From Mobula hypostoma (Eukaryota): a stretch of 64,000 nt of DNA. Each line of letters opens with the position of its first letter. Position 1 is the first letter of the stretch. Shown piece by piece: positions 36,766-49,950 of the stretch. The DNA lies in assembly GCF_963921235.1 (NCBI RefSeq), contig NC_086097.1, positions 114,578,001 to 114,642,000 on the forward strand. Reading direction: 5' to 3'. The translations under genes were made by a program, and so were the position numbers. The notes beneath the pieces were generated by a model that saw only the letters and a list, made by a program, of their open reading frames with translations, was not told the origin of the DNA and made no database searches.

Positions 36766-38464
36766 AGATTGTTGGCTTGTCATTTCTATTGACTATTAAC
36801 ACTTACATTATTGTAGTGTGAACGGTGACTGATCACGCAAATAAGGAATTTGAACATACACAATGTTACCAATTGGTCAAAATCCAATCCCGCTAGTCAA
36901 TTCTGTATAAAAAAGGGTATTTTTTTGTTCAAACTTCAGAACAGTGTGGTAAACAGGGGCCATGATGTGCTCCTTGTGCCAGAGTTTCAAAATAAAATTT
37001 GTGTCTGAGGTATCAATACAAGATCTGAGGGGCCAGTTAATCGGTGACAAATGCAGTGTTCAATTCTGTTGATATTCCTTGGACTATGTGGTGTGATGTA
37101 GCAAGATGTTGACAACTTTCTAGTATTGCCTGATGAAGCAGAAAGGTACATGCCAGAAAATGACGATCTCCAGCAAGAGTCCAACCAACTCCTTTCAACA
37201 TTAAATAACATTTTCATGAACTCAGGAGTCATCAATAATTAGCACCTTAATTAGACTGGCCCTATAAATACCGTGCCAGCAAAAGATCATCAAGGGCCAC
37301 ATAGCCTGAACTATCATTCACCTCCTGAGTCAACAAAGCATTTCTACATCTAAGCGTGCAGAATTCATGAACGAATCAAGAAGGGCTATCATCAGGAAGG
37401 AGGTACAGAAGGCTGAAGGCACACACTCAGCAGATCAGGAACAGCTTCTTCCCCCCTCTGACATCGGATTTTTGAATGGACACTACCTCACTACTTACTT
37501 TTATTTCTACTTTTGCATGACTTACTTAATTTAAACATTTTATATATTTACTGTAATTCAGTTTTTCATCTCCGTTATCATGTACTGCTGCCGCAAAGTT
37601 ACCAAATTTCACGACATATGCCAGTGATATCACATCGGATTCTGAAACTTGACATCTCCGGGACGCGGCTAACTAACTGATTGGTTTGTGCCCTGTCCAC
37701 CGCCATTAGCATTTATTCTTTTGGCTGCCAGGACTAGATCGGCAGAAGAGCTTGTTTCTGTGCTGTTGTGCTCTATACCTCTATGTTGTTGTACAACGGA
37801 TGTGGTGCCAACTACAAAATGTACTGTAGCAACTTGCCCATTCTCTCGGACAGTAGGTCCTTGACCACAAACATGCAGAAGTTGGAAATATGTAGGAAAA
37901 CACCAGGTATATGTTCCCCTTGAAGCCACCAACATGGAAATACATAAATGCTCCTTCATTGTAATAGGATCAAAATTCTGTTAACTCCGTCCTATATAGT
38001 TCAGAGGGTGCTCAAATGCAAATTTCACCACCAGCATCTAAAAATCAAATAACAGTGAGGCAATAAACACTAGCCTTCAATTCAAGTTTTTAAACTGTCA
38101 TTCAACCATACATGAATACCCATGAATTCAGCCAAACAAGACAGCGTTACTCCGACGCCAAAGTGCAAAACACAATACCAACAGTCACACACAGCACAAG
38201 GTACACATAGCACATACAAGATATCAGTAAAATACAGCAAGGTGAAAAAAAATAGTCCTGACCCCGAGTCCATGCATGCCGCAGAAATCTGCAGTCAACA
38301 ACAAAGCAGCTTTTCTGCCAAGCAAATATGGGGGGGGGTGGCAGCATGGACTCTCACCTGGAGTCTGCGCCACACTGCCCCCAGTGGAGCACACCGGCTT
38401 TGGCGACTCTCTGTTGGTGGCTGTAAACAGGTGACACTGCGGTTTGAGGCTTAGTCCTCAGTAT

Positions 38465-39655
38465 AGTCATAGTCATACTTTATTAATCCCAGGGGAAATT
38501 GGTTTTCGTTACAGTTGCTCCATAAATAATAAATAGTAATAGAACCATAAATAGTTAAATAGTAATATGTAAATTATGCCAGTAAATTATGAAATAAGTC
38601 CAGGACCAGCCTATTGGCTCAGGATGTCTGACCCTCCAAGGGAGGAGTTGTAAAGTTTGATGGCCACAGGCAGGAATGACTTCCTATGACGCTCGGTGGA
38701 ATGAGTCTCTGGCTGAATGTACTCCTGTGCCCACCCAGTACATTATGTAGTGGATGGGAGACATTGATCAAGATGGCATGCAACTTAGACAGCATCCTTT
38801 TTTCAGACACCACCGTGAGAGAGTCCAGTTCCATCCCCACAACATCACTGGCCTTACGAATGAGTTTGTTGATTCTGTTGGTGTCTGCCACTCTCAGCCT
38901 GCTGCCCCAGCACACAACAGCAAACATGATAGCACTGGCCACCACAGACTCGTAGAACATCCTCAGCATCGTCCAGCAGATGTTAAAGGACCTCAGTCTC
39001 CTCAGGAAATAGAGACGGCTCTGACCCTTCTTGTAGACAGCCTCAGTGTTCTTTGACCAGTCCAGTTTATTGTCAATTCATATCCCCAGGAATTTGTAAT
39101 CCTCCACCATGCCCACACTGACCCCCGGCTGGAAACAGGGGTCACTGGTACCTTAGCTCTCCTCAGGTCTACCACCAGCTCCTTAGTCTTTTTCACATTA
39201 AGCTGCAGATAATTCTGCTCACACCATGTGACAAAGTTTCCTACCGTAGCCCTGTACTCAGCCTCATCTCCCTTGCTGATGCATCCAACTATGGCAGAGT
39301 CATCAGAAAACTTCTGAAGATGACAAGACTCCCTGCAGTAGTTGAAGTCCGAGGTGTAAATGGTGAAGAGAAAGGGAGACAAGACAGTCCTCTGTGGAGC
39401 CCCAGTGCTGCTGATCACTCTGTCGGACACACAGTGTTGCAAGCGCACGTACTGTGGTCTGCCCGTGAGGTAATCAAGAATCCATGATACCAGGGAAGCA
39501 TCCACCTGCATCGCTGTCAGCTTCTCCCCCAGCAGAGCAGAGCGGATGGTGTTAAACGCACTGGAGAAGTCAAAAAACATGACCCTCAGAAAGCTCGCTG
39601 GCTTGTCCAGATGGGCATTGACATGGTTCAGCAGGAAGACGAGGCCACGTGGTTC
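38465..39655 (-). mobile_element. Rex1/Babar LINE, 5'-truncated
   Basis: FFDFSSAFNTI, TGAPQRTVLSPFLF, KFSDDSAIVG, KTKELVVDLR, FYESVVAS; (ACTATG)n tail. Confidence 0.92.
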
Positions 39656-40589
39656 CCCTGCCATCTGCCCCTGCTGCCTGCCAATAAATCAGTGAACAAG
39701 ACTTGCAGAATTCCACACTAACGATGCCCAAAGGGGTAAGACGATCACTGGCAAGAAAAGTGACCAAGACTGTCACTTGCTAATAGACTGCATGCCTTCT
39801 TCACACAACGAAGCTTCTATGACACAAACGGCCGCACGATCCGCACCTCACAGACTTTCGTGTATTACAAAATAATGTTTCTTCAAATTCAGACTCTGTT
39901 GCAACGTGACAGCCAATTTATACAAGGCAAAACATTACAATGAGCAGTGAGGCGATTGTGTTGCTGACAATATTGCTTTGAGAATAAGATTTATACGGGA
40001 AAGGTAAAAAATCAAAACAAGCATTGGCCTGGAATCCAATAACTGAGACTGTACCAGTATGTCCAATTTTATTATTTCACTTTTAGCGGTTGCCATCTGC
40101 TGTTAGTGGAGACCCAATAGCTTCAGGTATACATTGCCTCATTAAAGATTTCAGCCCCAACTCTTTGTTCACATAAATGAGTATTACAATCAGGGATTTT
40201 GATCAATTTAGCTGAGAATTTTTATTTGTGAATCTCATGCGCTTTTTCCCCCCACAGTGGAGCCCAAAAATACAGAGAAAATTATAAAGCATGAAAAACT
40301 ATAAGTTCAAAAACTGAAATGTCAACAGTTCAAAAGCATTCATCCCCTTTGCTCAGTACTTAATTGAACCACTCTCGCAGCCATTACAGCCAGTCGTCTT
40401 TCTGGATAAGTCTCTATTAACTTTGCACATGTGATGGAGCAAGACTTGCCCATTCCTCCTTGCAAAATTGCTCAAGATGTGTCAGATTAGTTGGGGAGAG
40501 AGGGTGGCTTTGGATCATTGACCTGCTGGAAGATGAAATTTGCTCCCCAGTTTAAGCTATCTGGTAGAGGCTGGCAGGTTTTATCCAAA

Positions 40590-40998
40590 TAACAGGAATT
40601 CTGCAGATGCTAGAAATTCAAGCAACACACATCAAAGTTGCTGGTGAACGCAGCAGGCCAGGCAGCATCTCTAGGAAGAGGTGCAGTCGACGTTTCAGGC
40701 CGAGACCCTTCGTCAGGACTAACTGAAGGAAGAGTTAGTAAGAGATTTGAAAGTGGGAGGGGGAGGGGGAGATCCAAAATGATAGGAGAAGACAGGAGGG
40801 GGAGGGATGGAGCCAAGAGCTGGACAGGTGATTGGCAAAGGGGATATGAGAGGATCATGGGACAGGAGGCCCAGGGAGAAAGACAAAGGCTGGGGGGAAC
40901 CCAGAGGATGGGCAAGGGGTATAGTCAGAGGGACAGAGGGAGAAAAAGGAGAGTGAGAGAAAGAATGTGTGTATAAAAATAAGTAACGGATGGGGTAC
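40590..40998 (-). mobile_element. Solo Penelope pLTR plus tail inserted in Tc1
   Basis: Highly similar to 27257-27620 and 11297-11651; host Tc1 sequence resumes at AAGATCTTCTCTG. Confidence 0.88.
40685..40720 (-). ncRNA. Minimal hammerhead ribozyme motif (Penelope pLTR)
   Basis: AGUC-CUGACGA-AGGGUCUCGGCCU-GAAAC-GUC-GACU, core intact. Confidence 0.8.
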
Positions 40999-43291
40999 AA
41001 GATCTTCTCTGTATTTAGCAGCATTTATTTTCCCATCATTCCTGACCAGATTTCCAGTCCCTGCAGCTGAAAAGCATCCCCGTAGTATGATGGTACCTCC
41101 ACCATACTTTACAATAGGGATGGTGTTACCTGGCTGATGCACAGTATTAGATTTATGACACACGTGTCACTTTGTGTTGAGGCCAAAAAGTTCCACTTCA
41201 GTCTCATCTGACCACAAGACCTTCTTCCACATCTTTACATTAACTTCTAATTGACACTTTGCAAAGCCTTTACAGGTAAGGATGTGCCTTTTTTTAGCCA
41301 AGGCTTCTTCCTTGCCACTCTTCCATAAATACCCTTTTTGTGCAAGACCTTAGAGACTGTGGAGCCAAGAACAATCTTCAATTGCAGCCAGTAACTTCTC
41401 ACTTAGACTGTTGGCATCACAGTAGCAGACAAAGTCATAGAGTCATGGAAAAGTGCGGCACAAAAGCAGGCCCTTTGACACACCTAGTGCATGCCAAACC
41501 ATTTAAACACATGTATCATAACCACTGCACACAGAATTCATTAACAGTAATATAACGTTGACATACAAAATATAATCTCATCAGTAACTCAAATACCATC
41601 GCAGAGAAAATCATCAACAGGAGATTCTGCATATGCTGGAAATCCAGATCAACACACACAACATGCTGGAGGAACTCAGCAGGCCAGGCAGCATCTATAG
41701 AGAGGAATTAGCAGTTGACATTTCAGGCTGGGAATTTTCATCGTATTTTGTGTGTGTTGCAGAGAAAACTAGAGTGCAATTTTTCCCCTATTTGTGTACC
41801 TTTCTAAAGCTGAAAAAATTAGTGTGCGCTAACTAGTCATTGTCCCCATTTATTTCAACAGGGATGAGCAAATGAACAACAAACTCACCATCTGGGACAC
41901 TGGAGTTAAGAGTGCCATTTGGACACAGCTAAATTCTTTCTTCCCCCAAACATTATGGCTGCAGTAGAAATGAGTATCCTGTTTATATACAAGTGCAGAC
42001 TTTATGAAAGTAAATTTATTATCAAATTACTGGCTGAGATTTGTCCTCTTGCGGGCGTTTACAGTAAACACAAAGAAGCCCAACAGAACCAATGAAAATC
42101 CACACTGAAATGGACTGCCTCTCTTACAAGTGCTACTCGACTCCAGCGACTAAGTTTAGAGGAGTGTCCTGACCTAAGCAATGTGATTATGGTTTCACAA
42201 TGGACTACACTGAGCTCAGATAATCTTTTTACCTTTCCCCAGACTTACTCTTCACCATTATCATTTCCCTGACTTGCCTTGAATGCTCTTTCGTCTTCAC
42301 TTTGGTTTGGTCTGCTGAAAATCTACCATACTGTCAGACCTTACCAAGAGAGGGGAATTTAAAAATAGGCATCTGTTAGTCTGGTGAGACTATGGATTTG
42401 TGCCTTGGAAGGTTTCCAGGGCGCAGGCCTGGACAAGGTTGTATGGAAGACCAGTAGTTGCCTATGCTGCAAGTCTCCCCTCTCCAAGCCACTAATATTG
42501 TCCAAGGGAAGGGCACTAGGACCCATACAGCTTGGCACCAGTGTCGTCACAGAACAATGTGTGGTTAAACAGGCCACAACATGCAGTCACTAGACCGCCA
42601 CCTTAACCAATTGGCCATGTGCCAACACACTGAGGGAAATTTATTCTTAACAATTCATTGAAAACAGGTGACCCTCCAAATTCGGCCCGAAACATCCACT
42701 GTACTTTTTTTTCTGTAGATGCTGCCTGACCTGCTGAGTTCCTCCAGTACTTTGTGTGTGTTGTTTGGATTGTCTCGTATTTGTGAGCCTCCAATTCACT
42801 ACATTAACAAACTAGGTGAGGTGGTACAGTAATACCTTGTATTTTAGCTGAGGAATGTTGGCATAGTAATTACAAAGGGGATGAATACTTTTTCAGCCTC
42901 AGTTTTGGTTTTTAAATTTTTAGTAAATTGTTGACAGGTTTTGGAATTTTTCTTTTGACTTGACATGGCGCACAACTTTTGCAGATTAGATCAAAAATCA
43001 TATTTCAATACTTCTTAAATTTAGAAAAGAGATAATAAAATGTGAAAATAGTTGTGGGAGCTGAATACTTTTTCAATGCACTGTATAGTTTCTCATAAAT
43101 TACATTGTATCTCTTTACTTTCCTGCAAATGCCTGCAAGAAAATATATCTCAAGGCAGAATATGATAACGTATACGTACTTTGATAATAAATTTTACTTT
43201 GATTTTGACTTAATTCGGTGTAGGCAATGCTAATATTTTTCTTTCACACGTCGAAACTTTGAATTCAGAGGCCCCTTTCTGCAAGGATTAC

Positions 43292-43598
43292 CTTTCTGGG
43301 CTGTAGACGCGGGCGGCGAGCTCCTTCTTAAGGATACTGTGTTGTTTTGCTTCCTCTCTGGAACGGTATTATTTGTTCTCAGACTGGTCTGTGTAAAAAT
43401 GCACCGACTGGAAACCGATCTAAAAGAGTGAAGTGAATCCAGCTTTTGTTGCAAAGAACTGACTGTCCCGGGCCTCAGTGAGACAGAACTGCAGATTCCA
43501 AACAGTCTCGAGTCACCTAATCGAAACTGCACCTTAAACTGTGATACCAGTCTTAATCTATGCGTGCACGCTGCTCGCAAAAGTAAAACACAGGCCAT
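43292..43598 (-). CDS. TIMM21: TIMM21 coding exon 1 (mitochondrial presequence region)
   Basis: ATG at 43598 gives MACVLLLRAA...SSPPASTAQK, 102 codons + 1 nt, Arg/Ser/Leu-rich and acid-poor like a presequence. Donor AAG|GTAATC; phase 1 joins exon 2 to give QK-V-KEAG, as in vertebrate Tim21. Confidence 0.9.
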
Positions 43599-43684
43599 GT
43601 TGTTTACTATACAGAGCTAAATATACTTCTCCCACAATAGTTGCTACGTCCCGACCATTCTTTGTCGGAATCGGAATTCGAACA

Positions 43685-43763
43685 GCTATCTGGGACGTGT
43701 AGTTCATCGTGTTTAATGCTTGCAAAATTACTACTGGGTGTAAACCACAACTCCCAAGATGCA
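43685..43763. promoter_or_regulatory. TIMM21 proximal promoter with two oppositely oriented ZNF143/Staf-type motifs
   Basis: Minus strand AACTACACGTCCCAGATAGC (43685-43704) and plus strand ACCACAACTCCCAAGATGCA (43744-43763) resemble ACTACAnnTCCCAnnATGC; about 90-165 bp upstream of the ATG in CpG-containing sequence. Confidence 0.7.
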
Positions 43764-43862
43764 TTTCTTCCTGCGGTCTGTATCGCTTATGACTGTAATA
43801 ACTGTAGAGTCTTCCGAAAAAAAATGGGAAGTGTATTTATTTTATTTGGGTTCGTAATTATT

Positions 43863-44361
43863 TCTTTCTTTTATAATATTTTTATTAATTTTCAAGTTCA
43901 TAAACATAATAACAGTACTAATACAAAAAGATTGGGATTACATTATTGGTAATTGACATATGCAAGTAAAAACTACAGATAATACAAGTATAATAGACCT
44001 CCCAAACTCTTGATATAGTTAACCATGATAAAAAGAAAAATGAAAAAAATCACTAGAAAAAAAAACCCCAAAGTAAAAAAAACTAAGAAAAAAACTAAAC
44101 TTAACGAAACCAAAAACTGATCTAAACAAAACAAAACAAGGCTGGGCTAATATATTACATCGAATACAATCATTAATGTTGTTAACTCTGCTCCTCTATC
44201 CATATATTCTAGGTTAATAAGAAGGATTTGGAAAAGGTCAAGCTACGTCATATGAAAGTGTTGAGTAAATGGCCTCCAAGTCTCATCAAATTTAACCGAA
44301 GAATCAAAAGTGACACTTCTGATTTTTTCTAAATTTAAACATGATATAGTTTGGGAAAACC
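43863..44361 (-). mobile_element. 5'-truncated L1-clade LINE with 14-bp TSD
   Basis: TSD GGTTCGTAATTATT (43849-43862, 44362-44375); ORF2 end FSQTISCLNLEKIR...FDETWRPF*; AATAAA and A-rich tail on the minus strand. Confidence 0.85.
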
Positions 44362-44659
44362 GGTTCGTAATTATTCCAAGTCACTGAAAACTTGCCAGCT
44401 TCTAGACAGTAATGTATAATTGTCTCTTAAAAATGTTAATTAAGATAATGCAGGTGTTACCACAGGAAAGCAAATGATAAGAAGGATATAAGGATATTTA
44501 TTACAAAAGGATACAATGACTAAAGCCATAACGCATTTAAACTGTCGTAGCAGACTCGATGGGAAAAGTGGCCTAGTTATGCGCCTATATTTTATGGTCT
44601 TACGGTATGAAATGTATTTCAACAAGTACAATGTTGGTATTCAAGAATAAATTGGAGGG

Positions 44660-45297
44660 GAGGAGATGATGGTGGCGCGACGCAGACACTCCAAAATTAT
44701 ATTGTATTTGTTAAATAGTATGTGCACAATCCTGATTTGATGGAGATGAACGTGAGAAGCATGGAGAAACTTCTGAAATGCCTGCTTCGCTGCCGCTGCT
44801 ACTGTGCGATCGAGAATCTCTGGAGGGGAAGGCCCCAAGTCCTTGGCTTTGCCTATTGCCTGTTGCCGGGGTCGGGGTCGAAGCACTCAGCAGAGATGGT
44901 GCTTGGTGCTCGGTGCCAGAGGGCTGGTCGGAGGCTCGACGTTTTCGGACGGACTCAAGAGTGGGCTGTGGTCGGGTGCTTCCAGGGTGCTGCATCGGCA
45001 AGTTTGCAGCGCTGGAAGCTCATGGCAGGGAGAGTTTCTCCCTTCTACCATCTGTGTGAGATGATGGGACTTTCGAGAGACTTTTTTTTAACGTACCCAT
45101 GGTCTGTTCTTCATCAGATTATGGTATTGTTTTGCACTGTTGTAACTATATGTTATAATTACGTGGGTTTTGTCAGTTTTTTAGTCTTGGTTTGTCTTGT
45201 GTTTCTGTGATATCATTCTGGAGGAACATTGTATCATTTCTTAATGCATGCATTACTAAATGACAATAAAAGAGGACTGCATGTCCTCATAATCTAA
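44660..45297 (+). repeat. Non-autonomous SINE/LINE-like interspersed repeat
   Basis: CpG-rich body starting AGATGATGGTGGCGCGACG and ending AATAAAAGAGGAC..GTCCTCATAATCTAA; the same tail motif recurs at 57995-58015. Confidence 0.5.
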
Positions 45298-45789
45298 AAA
45301 AAATTATTATCAAAGTATATACATGTCACCATATACAACCCTGAGATTCTTTTTCTTGCAGGCATAGTCAATAAATCCAGAATAAAATAATAACCATGTA
45401 CTTATCTAGATAGATAATCAATGTTGCTAATTCAAAATTCAAAGTTGTTTATTGTCTTTCTTCAGTAAAGGAGAACAGAATAATTATTACAAGGAAATGA
45501 TTGTACTCCACGCTAAATATAAAGGCAATCCTATGAAGCACAACGTACAAGTAAGATGGCAGAGTGGGGGGTGCTGAGAGGCAGTGGACAGCTGTGGCTG
45601 ATGTGGATCTGGTGGGTTAATGGTGGTGTTGGTCAGCCTGACAGCTTGGGGGAAGTAACTGTTTTTGAGTCTGGTGGTCCTGGCCTGGCTGTGCAGTCCA
45701 CAGGCAGGGTGAGGGATCCTCCAGGATATTGCTGGCTTTTTTCCCAGCACCTTTCAGTATATATGTGTGTCCTTGATGGCGGGTAGGCC

Positions 45790-46585
45790 GATGCCAGAAC
45801 TTCAACCACGATTCATGCAGTTCTTTCCAAAGCTGCATCAGCTTTCGCATGAAGAAGCTGCCCCTGATGTCCTTTTTCAAATCTCTGTTCTCAGATCTTA
45901 AATTTATGTACTCTTGTTTTTAGCACCCAGTTCCTGGGCAAAAAAGATCATGTGTTTTCGCTCTGTCTATGCCCTCATATTCTTATAAACCTCAATCAGG
46001 TCACCCTTTAATCTCTTAACTTTGTGTGAACAAAGTCCTAGTCCATTTAACCTCTGTGTAACTCAGGACACCTGGTCCAGAAAGCATCCTGGTAATTCTT
46101 TTCTGCACTCTTTTTCAGTTTAATATCCTTCCTTTAACAGGTGACAAAAAACTGTACACAATACTCCAAGTGCAGACTCACCGATATCCTGTATAACTGC
46201 AACATAACTTACCAATTCCTAAACTTAACATGCTGATTGATGAAGGCCAGCATGCCAAAAGCCTTCTTCATCAACCTATTTACCTGTGATGCCACATTCA
46301 GTAAACAATGCAATTGTAATCCTAAACTCTCTTTTCCATATTACAACCAGGGTTTGACCATTCACCCTATAAGTGAAACTCAAGTCAACCTCCCAAAGTG
46401 CATTGAAATCTGTTTGTCCGTTTCAGCCCACATACCTTGCTGATTAAGAACCCCCTGTAATTTTTCATAACCTTCTGCACTGTCACCTATTTTAATGTTA
46501 TTTGCAAACTTACTAATCATGCCTTGTACAATCACATCCAAATAATTTATATAAATTACAAGCAAGAAAGGACGCAGCATCTCTC
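45790..46585 (-). mobile_element. Old CR1 RT fragment
   Basis: IYINYLD..GMISKFANNIKIG and downstream CR1-like sequence. Confidence 0.7.
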
Positions 46586-46609
46586 TAAATATCTGGCCTC
46601 CAGTTCCCA

Positions 46610-47335
46610 TTGTCTATGGCGGGGGGGGGGCTATAACGGAGGTGATCATTAGAGCATCTCAATGGGTGGTTGGAGGACAGCGCATAAGACCTGGCCTGAG
46701 GCTGCTGCCTATCAGAGCGTACATGGACGATCTCACAACACTCACCACGACCAAGGCTTGTACTGTACGCCTGTTGAGAAAGCTTCAAGAGAACATCAAG
46801 CAGGTTTGGCTGAAGATCAAGCCGAGCAAGTCCAGAAGCATCTCTATCGTCAAGGGAAAGCTGGTGGACCAATGCTTCTACATGGGCCATGAAACAATTC
46901 CAACAGTCTTCAAGAAGCCTGTGAAGAGCCTAGGTCGGTGGTATAACACATCCCTCAAAGACAAAGAGCAGGTAGATCAGCTCAGCAAGGATGCCATCAG
47001 TGGCCTCGAGAGCATTGACGGAACCACATTCCCTGGTGAGTTGAAGCTCTAGTGTAGGCAATTTGGGCTCCTTCCACTTCTCATGTGGCCACTAACCCTG
47101 TATGAAGTTCCAATCTCGAAGGTGGAAAAGCTGGAGAGACTGATCAGCTCGTACGTAAGGAAGTGGCTTGGACTTCCCAGGTGCCTCAGCAGCGCAGGGC
47201 TCTACGGCAAAGGAGTCCTAGAGCTACCCATTTCCAGTCTTTCAGAGGAGTACAAGTGCACCAGAGAAAGACTGGGGATGATGTTAATAGGGGCAAGTGA
47301 TCCATTTGTAGCACAAGCTGCCCACGTCCTGGATA
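46610..47335 (+). mobile_element. HERO-clade (R2-group) non-LTR retrotransposon RT fragment
   Basis: IRAYMDDLTTLT, KIKPSKSRSISIVKG, PVKSLGRWY, MWPLTLYEVP, RKWLGLPRCLSS; one in-frame stop at 47050-47052. Confidence 0.8.
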
Positions 47336-48374
47336 CTCTGAACCCTCCAGAGGTGTCGTGGGCCCATCAGCGAAACACTGAGGAAAGAGGGCGCCCACTT
47401 GATAACCCAGAAGATGCCACCACTCACTTGGCCACCCCACAGAGTCTAGGCAGCATGGCTCGGGAGTGCAAATAAGGGATATTAACATCTAGTCCTACAT
47501 AACATACCTGATTCTCAGAGTGAGTATCTCCTTTCTAATTCCATCCGGATGTCCTCACCTAATGATTCCCAAAAATATCCTCTTTAGTAACAGTGTTATG
47601 TCCTTTTTCGTCAAGAACACAACCCTATCTTCTCTCTTACATGACCCTTGTAGCATCTGTATCCCGAAACGTTGAGCTGCCATTCCTGCCCTTCACTCCA
47701 CTGTGTTTCTGTTATAACTATGATGTCCCAGTCCCCAGAAGCAATGCATGCCCTGAGTTCATCTGCCTTACCTGTCAAGCTGGTTGTGTTGAAGTGAATA
47801 TGGTTTAAACTAATAGTCTTTACTGTGCTTCTGTCCATCTTGATAACTAAATTTGTTCTCAGTATAAATTGGCAAATTGGTTTATGATTGACGCATGTAC
47901 CAAGGTACAGTGAAAAATCTGCCTTTGCTTATAGCAATCAATTCATTACAACAGTGCTTGGGAGTGGCATAGGCTAAAACAATCAGCGAGTCGAGAGTAC
48001 AGTGTGACCATCACAGGGAAAGTGCAGTGCAGGTGAACAATAAGGTGCAAGGTCATAATGAGTTATATTGTGAGATCCATCTTATAATTTTTTAAATATT
48101 TATTTATTTATCGAGATACAGCGTGGAATAGGCCATTTTGGCCCTTCAAGCCACTTTGCCCAGCAACCCCCCAATCTAATCAAAGCCTAATCACAGGACA
48201 ATTTACAATGACCATTTAACTTACCAACCGCTGGGTCTTTGGACTGTGGGAGAAAACTGAAGCATCTGGAGAAAACTCACGCGGTCATGGGAAGAACATA
48301 CAGGCAATGGCAGGAATGGAACCCAGGTCGCCTGTACTATAAAGCGTTGTGCTAACCACTACGCTACTGTGCTG

Positions 48375-49950
48375 CTACTAGGGAGTTGTTCAACCGTCTG
48401 GTATCAGAAGGATAATAGCTGCTTTGCACCTAGTGATACACCTTATCAAGCTTTAGACCTTTTTGGGAGGGGGAGAAGAGAGAACATCTGGGTGGGTGGG
48501 GTTTTTGATGCTGCTGGCTGCTTTACAGAGGTGGTGAGAAATGGAGATGGAACCCATAGAGGGGAGGCTGGTTTCTGTGATATGCTGAACCAGGTCCACA
48601 ACTCTCTGCAGTTTCTTGTGCTCACAGGTAGAGCAGTTGCTGTCGCAAGCCATGGTGCATCCAGATAGATGCTTTTACAGTGCATCCATAAAGGTTGATA
48701 AGGGATGAGGGAAATTTGACAAATTTTAGCCTCCTGTGGAAGAAGAGGCCCTGGTAAGCTTTCTTCGCTGTAGCACGAATGTGGTTGGATTAGAACAGGT
48801 TCTTGGTGATGTTCATTCTGGAGAACTTGAAGCTCCCAACCTTCTGGACCATAGCACCATTGAGGTACATAACCCCCTTCATGAAGTCAATGGCCAGCTC
48901 TTCTGTTTTGCTGATACTGAGGGAAAGGTTATTGTCATGACCCCATGTCACTAAGCTGACTACCTCCCTCCTGTACTCTTGCTCATTGTTATTTGATGAT
49001 ATTCAGCCCTCTATGTAGATTGAGTTAGAGCAGGATCTGGCCACACAGTCACGAACGTATAGGGAGCAGAGTAGGGCACCAGTGTTGTGGATAATCACGA
49101 CAGAGGTGTTGCTGCCTATCCTTACTGACTGAGGTTTGTTGGTCAAGAAGTGAAGCATCCAGTTGTAAAGGGAGGTGTTGAATCCCACGTCTAGGAGTTT
49201 GGAGAGATATTGGTTCAGAATTATAGTATTGAATGCAGAGCTGTAGTCAATACAATAATCTGACATAGGTGTGTTACTCTCCAGATACCCAGAAATGAGT
49301 GTACGCCCAGTGAGATAGAATCTGCTTTAGACTTTTTTCAGCATTAGGCAGATTGCAGTGGATCAAGGTTGTCTGGGAGACTGTGACCAGCCTCTTGAAG
49401 CACATCATGTTGTTGGATGCCAGAGACATCAGGCCGTGGTTATTAATGCATGCTACATTGTTTTTTTTTAGGGAGAATAATGGTCTTTTTATGGTTGAGA
49501 ATCTCAGAATGAGATTAAAAATGACTGCAAATACCCCCACCAACAGATCTGTATATGATATAAGGACATCACCTAGGACACCATCCAGGCCAGTTGCTTT
49601 CCATGGATTCACTCTCTGAACAACTGTTCTTATGACTGCAACGGTGACTGGGTTGAGGTACATTGAAGGCTGTTGGGGTGACGGTGACATTCCAATCACA
49701 CTCTGTTTGAACGTGCATAGAATGCATGAGGTTCATTGGGAAGTTGTGTGCTGTTGTCGACAATGTTGCCCAACTTGGTCTTCTAGCCCGTTATAGCATG
49801 TGAATGCTGATACAACTGGCGGCTGAGTTGGGACTTGATTTTGGACTGGTATTGTCTTTTGGCATGATGGATAGTTTTACAGAGATCATATATCGATTTC
49901 TTGTAAAGGTCAGGGTCACCTGATATAAGCACTGCAGTTCTAGCCTTCTA
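48375..49950 (-). mobile_element. Degraded Rex1/Babar LINE
   Basis: VNPWKATGLDGV, IDYSSAFNTI, FLTNKPQSVRIG, KKLQRVVDLVQHIT. Confidence 0.85.

Larger units (their letters stand above)
40132..43083 (-). mobile_element. Old Tc1 transposon broken by several insertions
   Basis: Degenerate long TIRs flanked by [26 protein letters not shown]; same family as 60735-62305. Confidence 0.75.
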
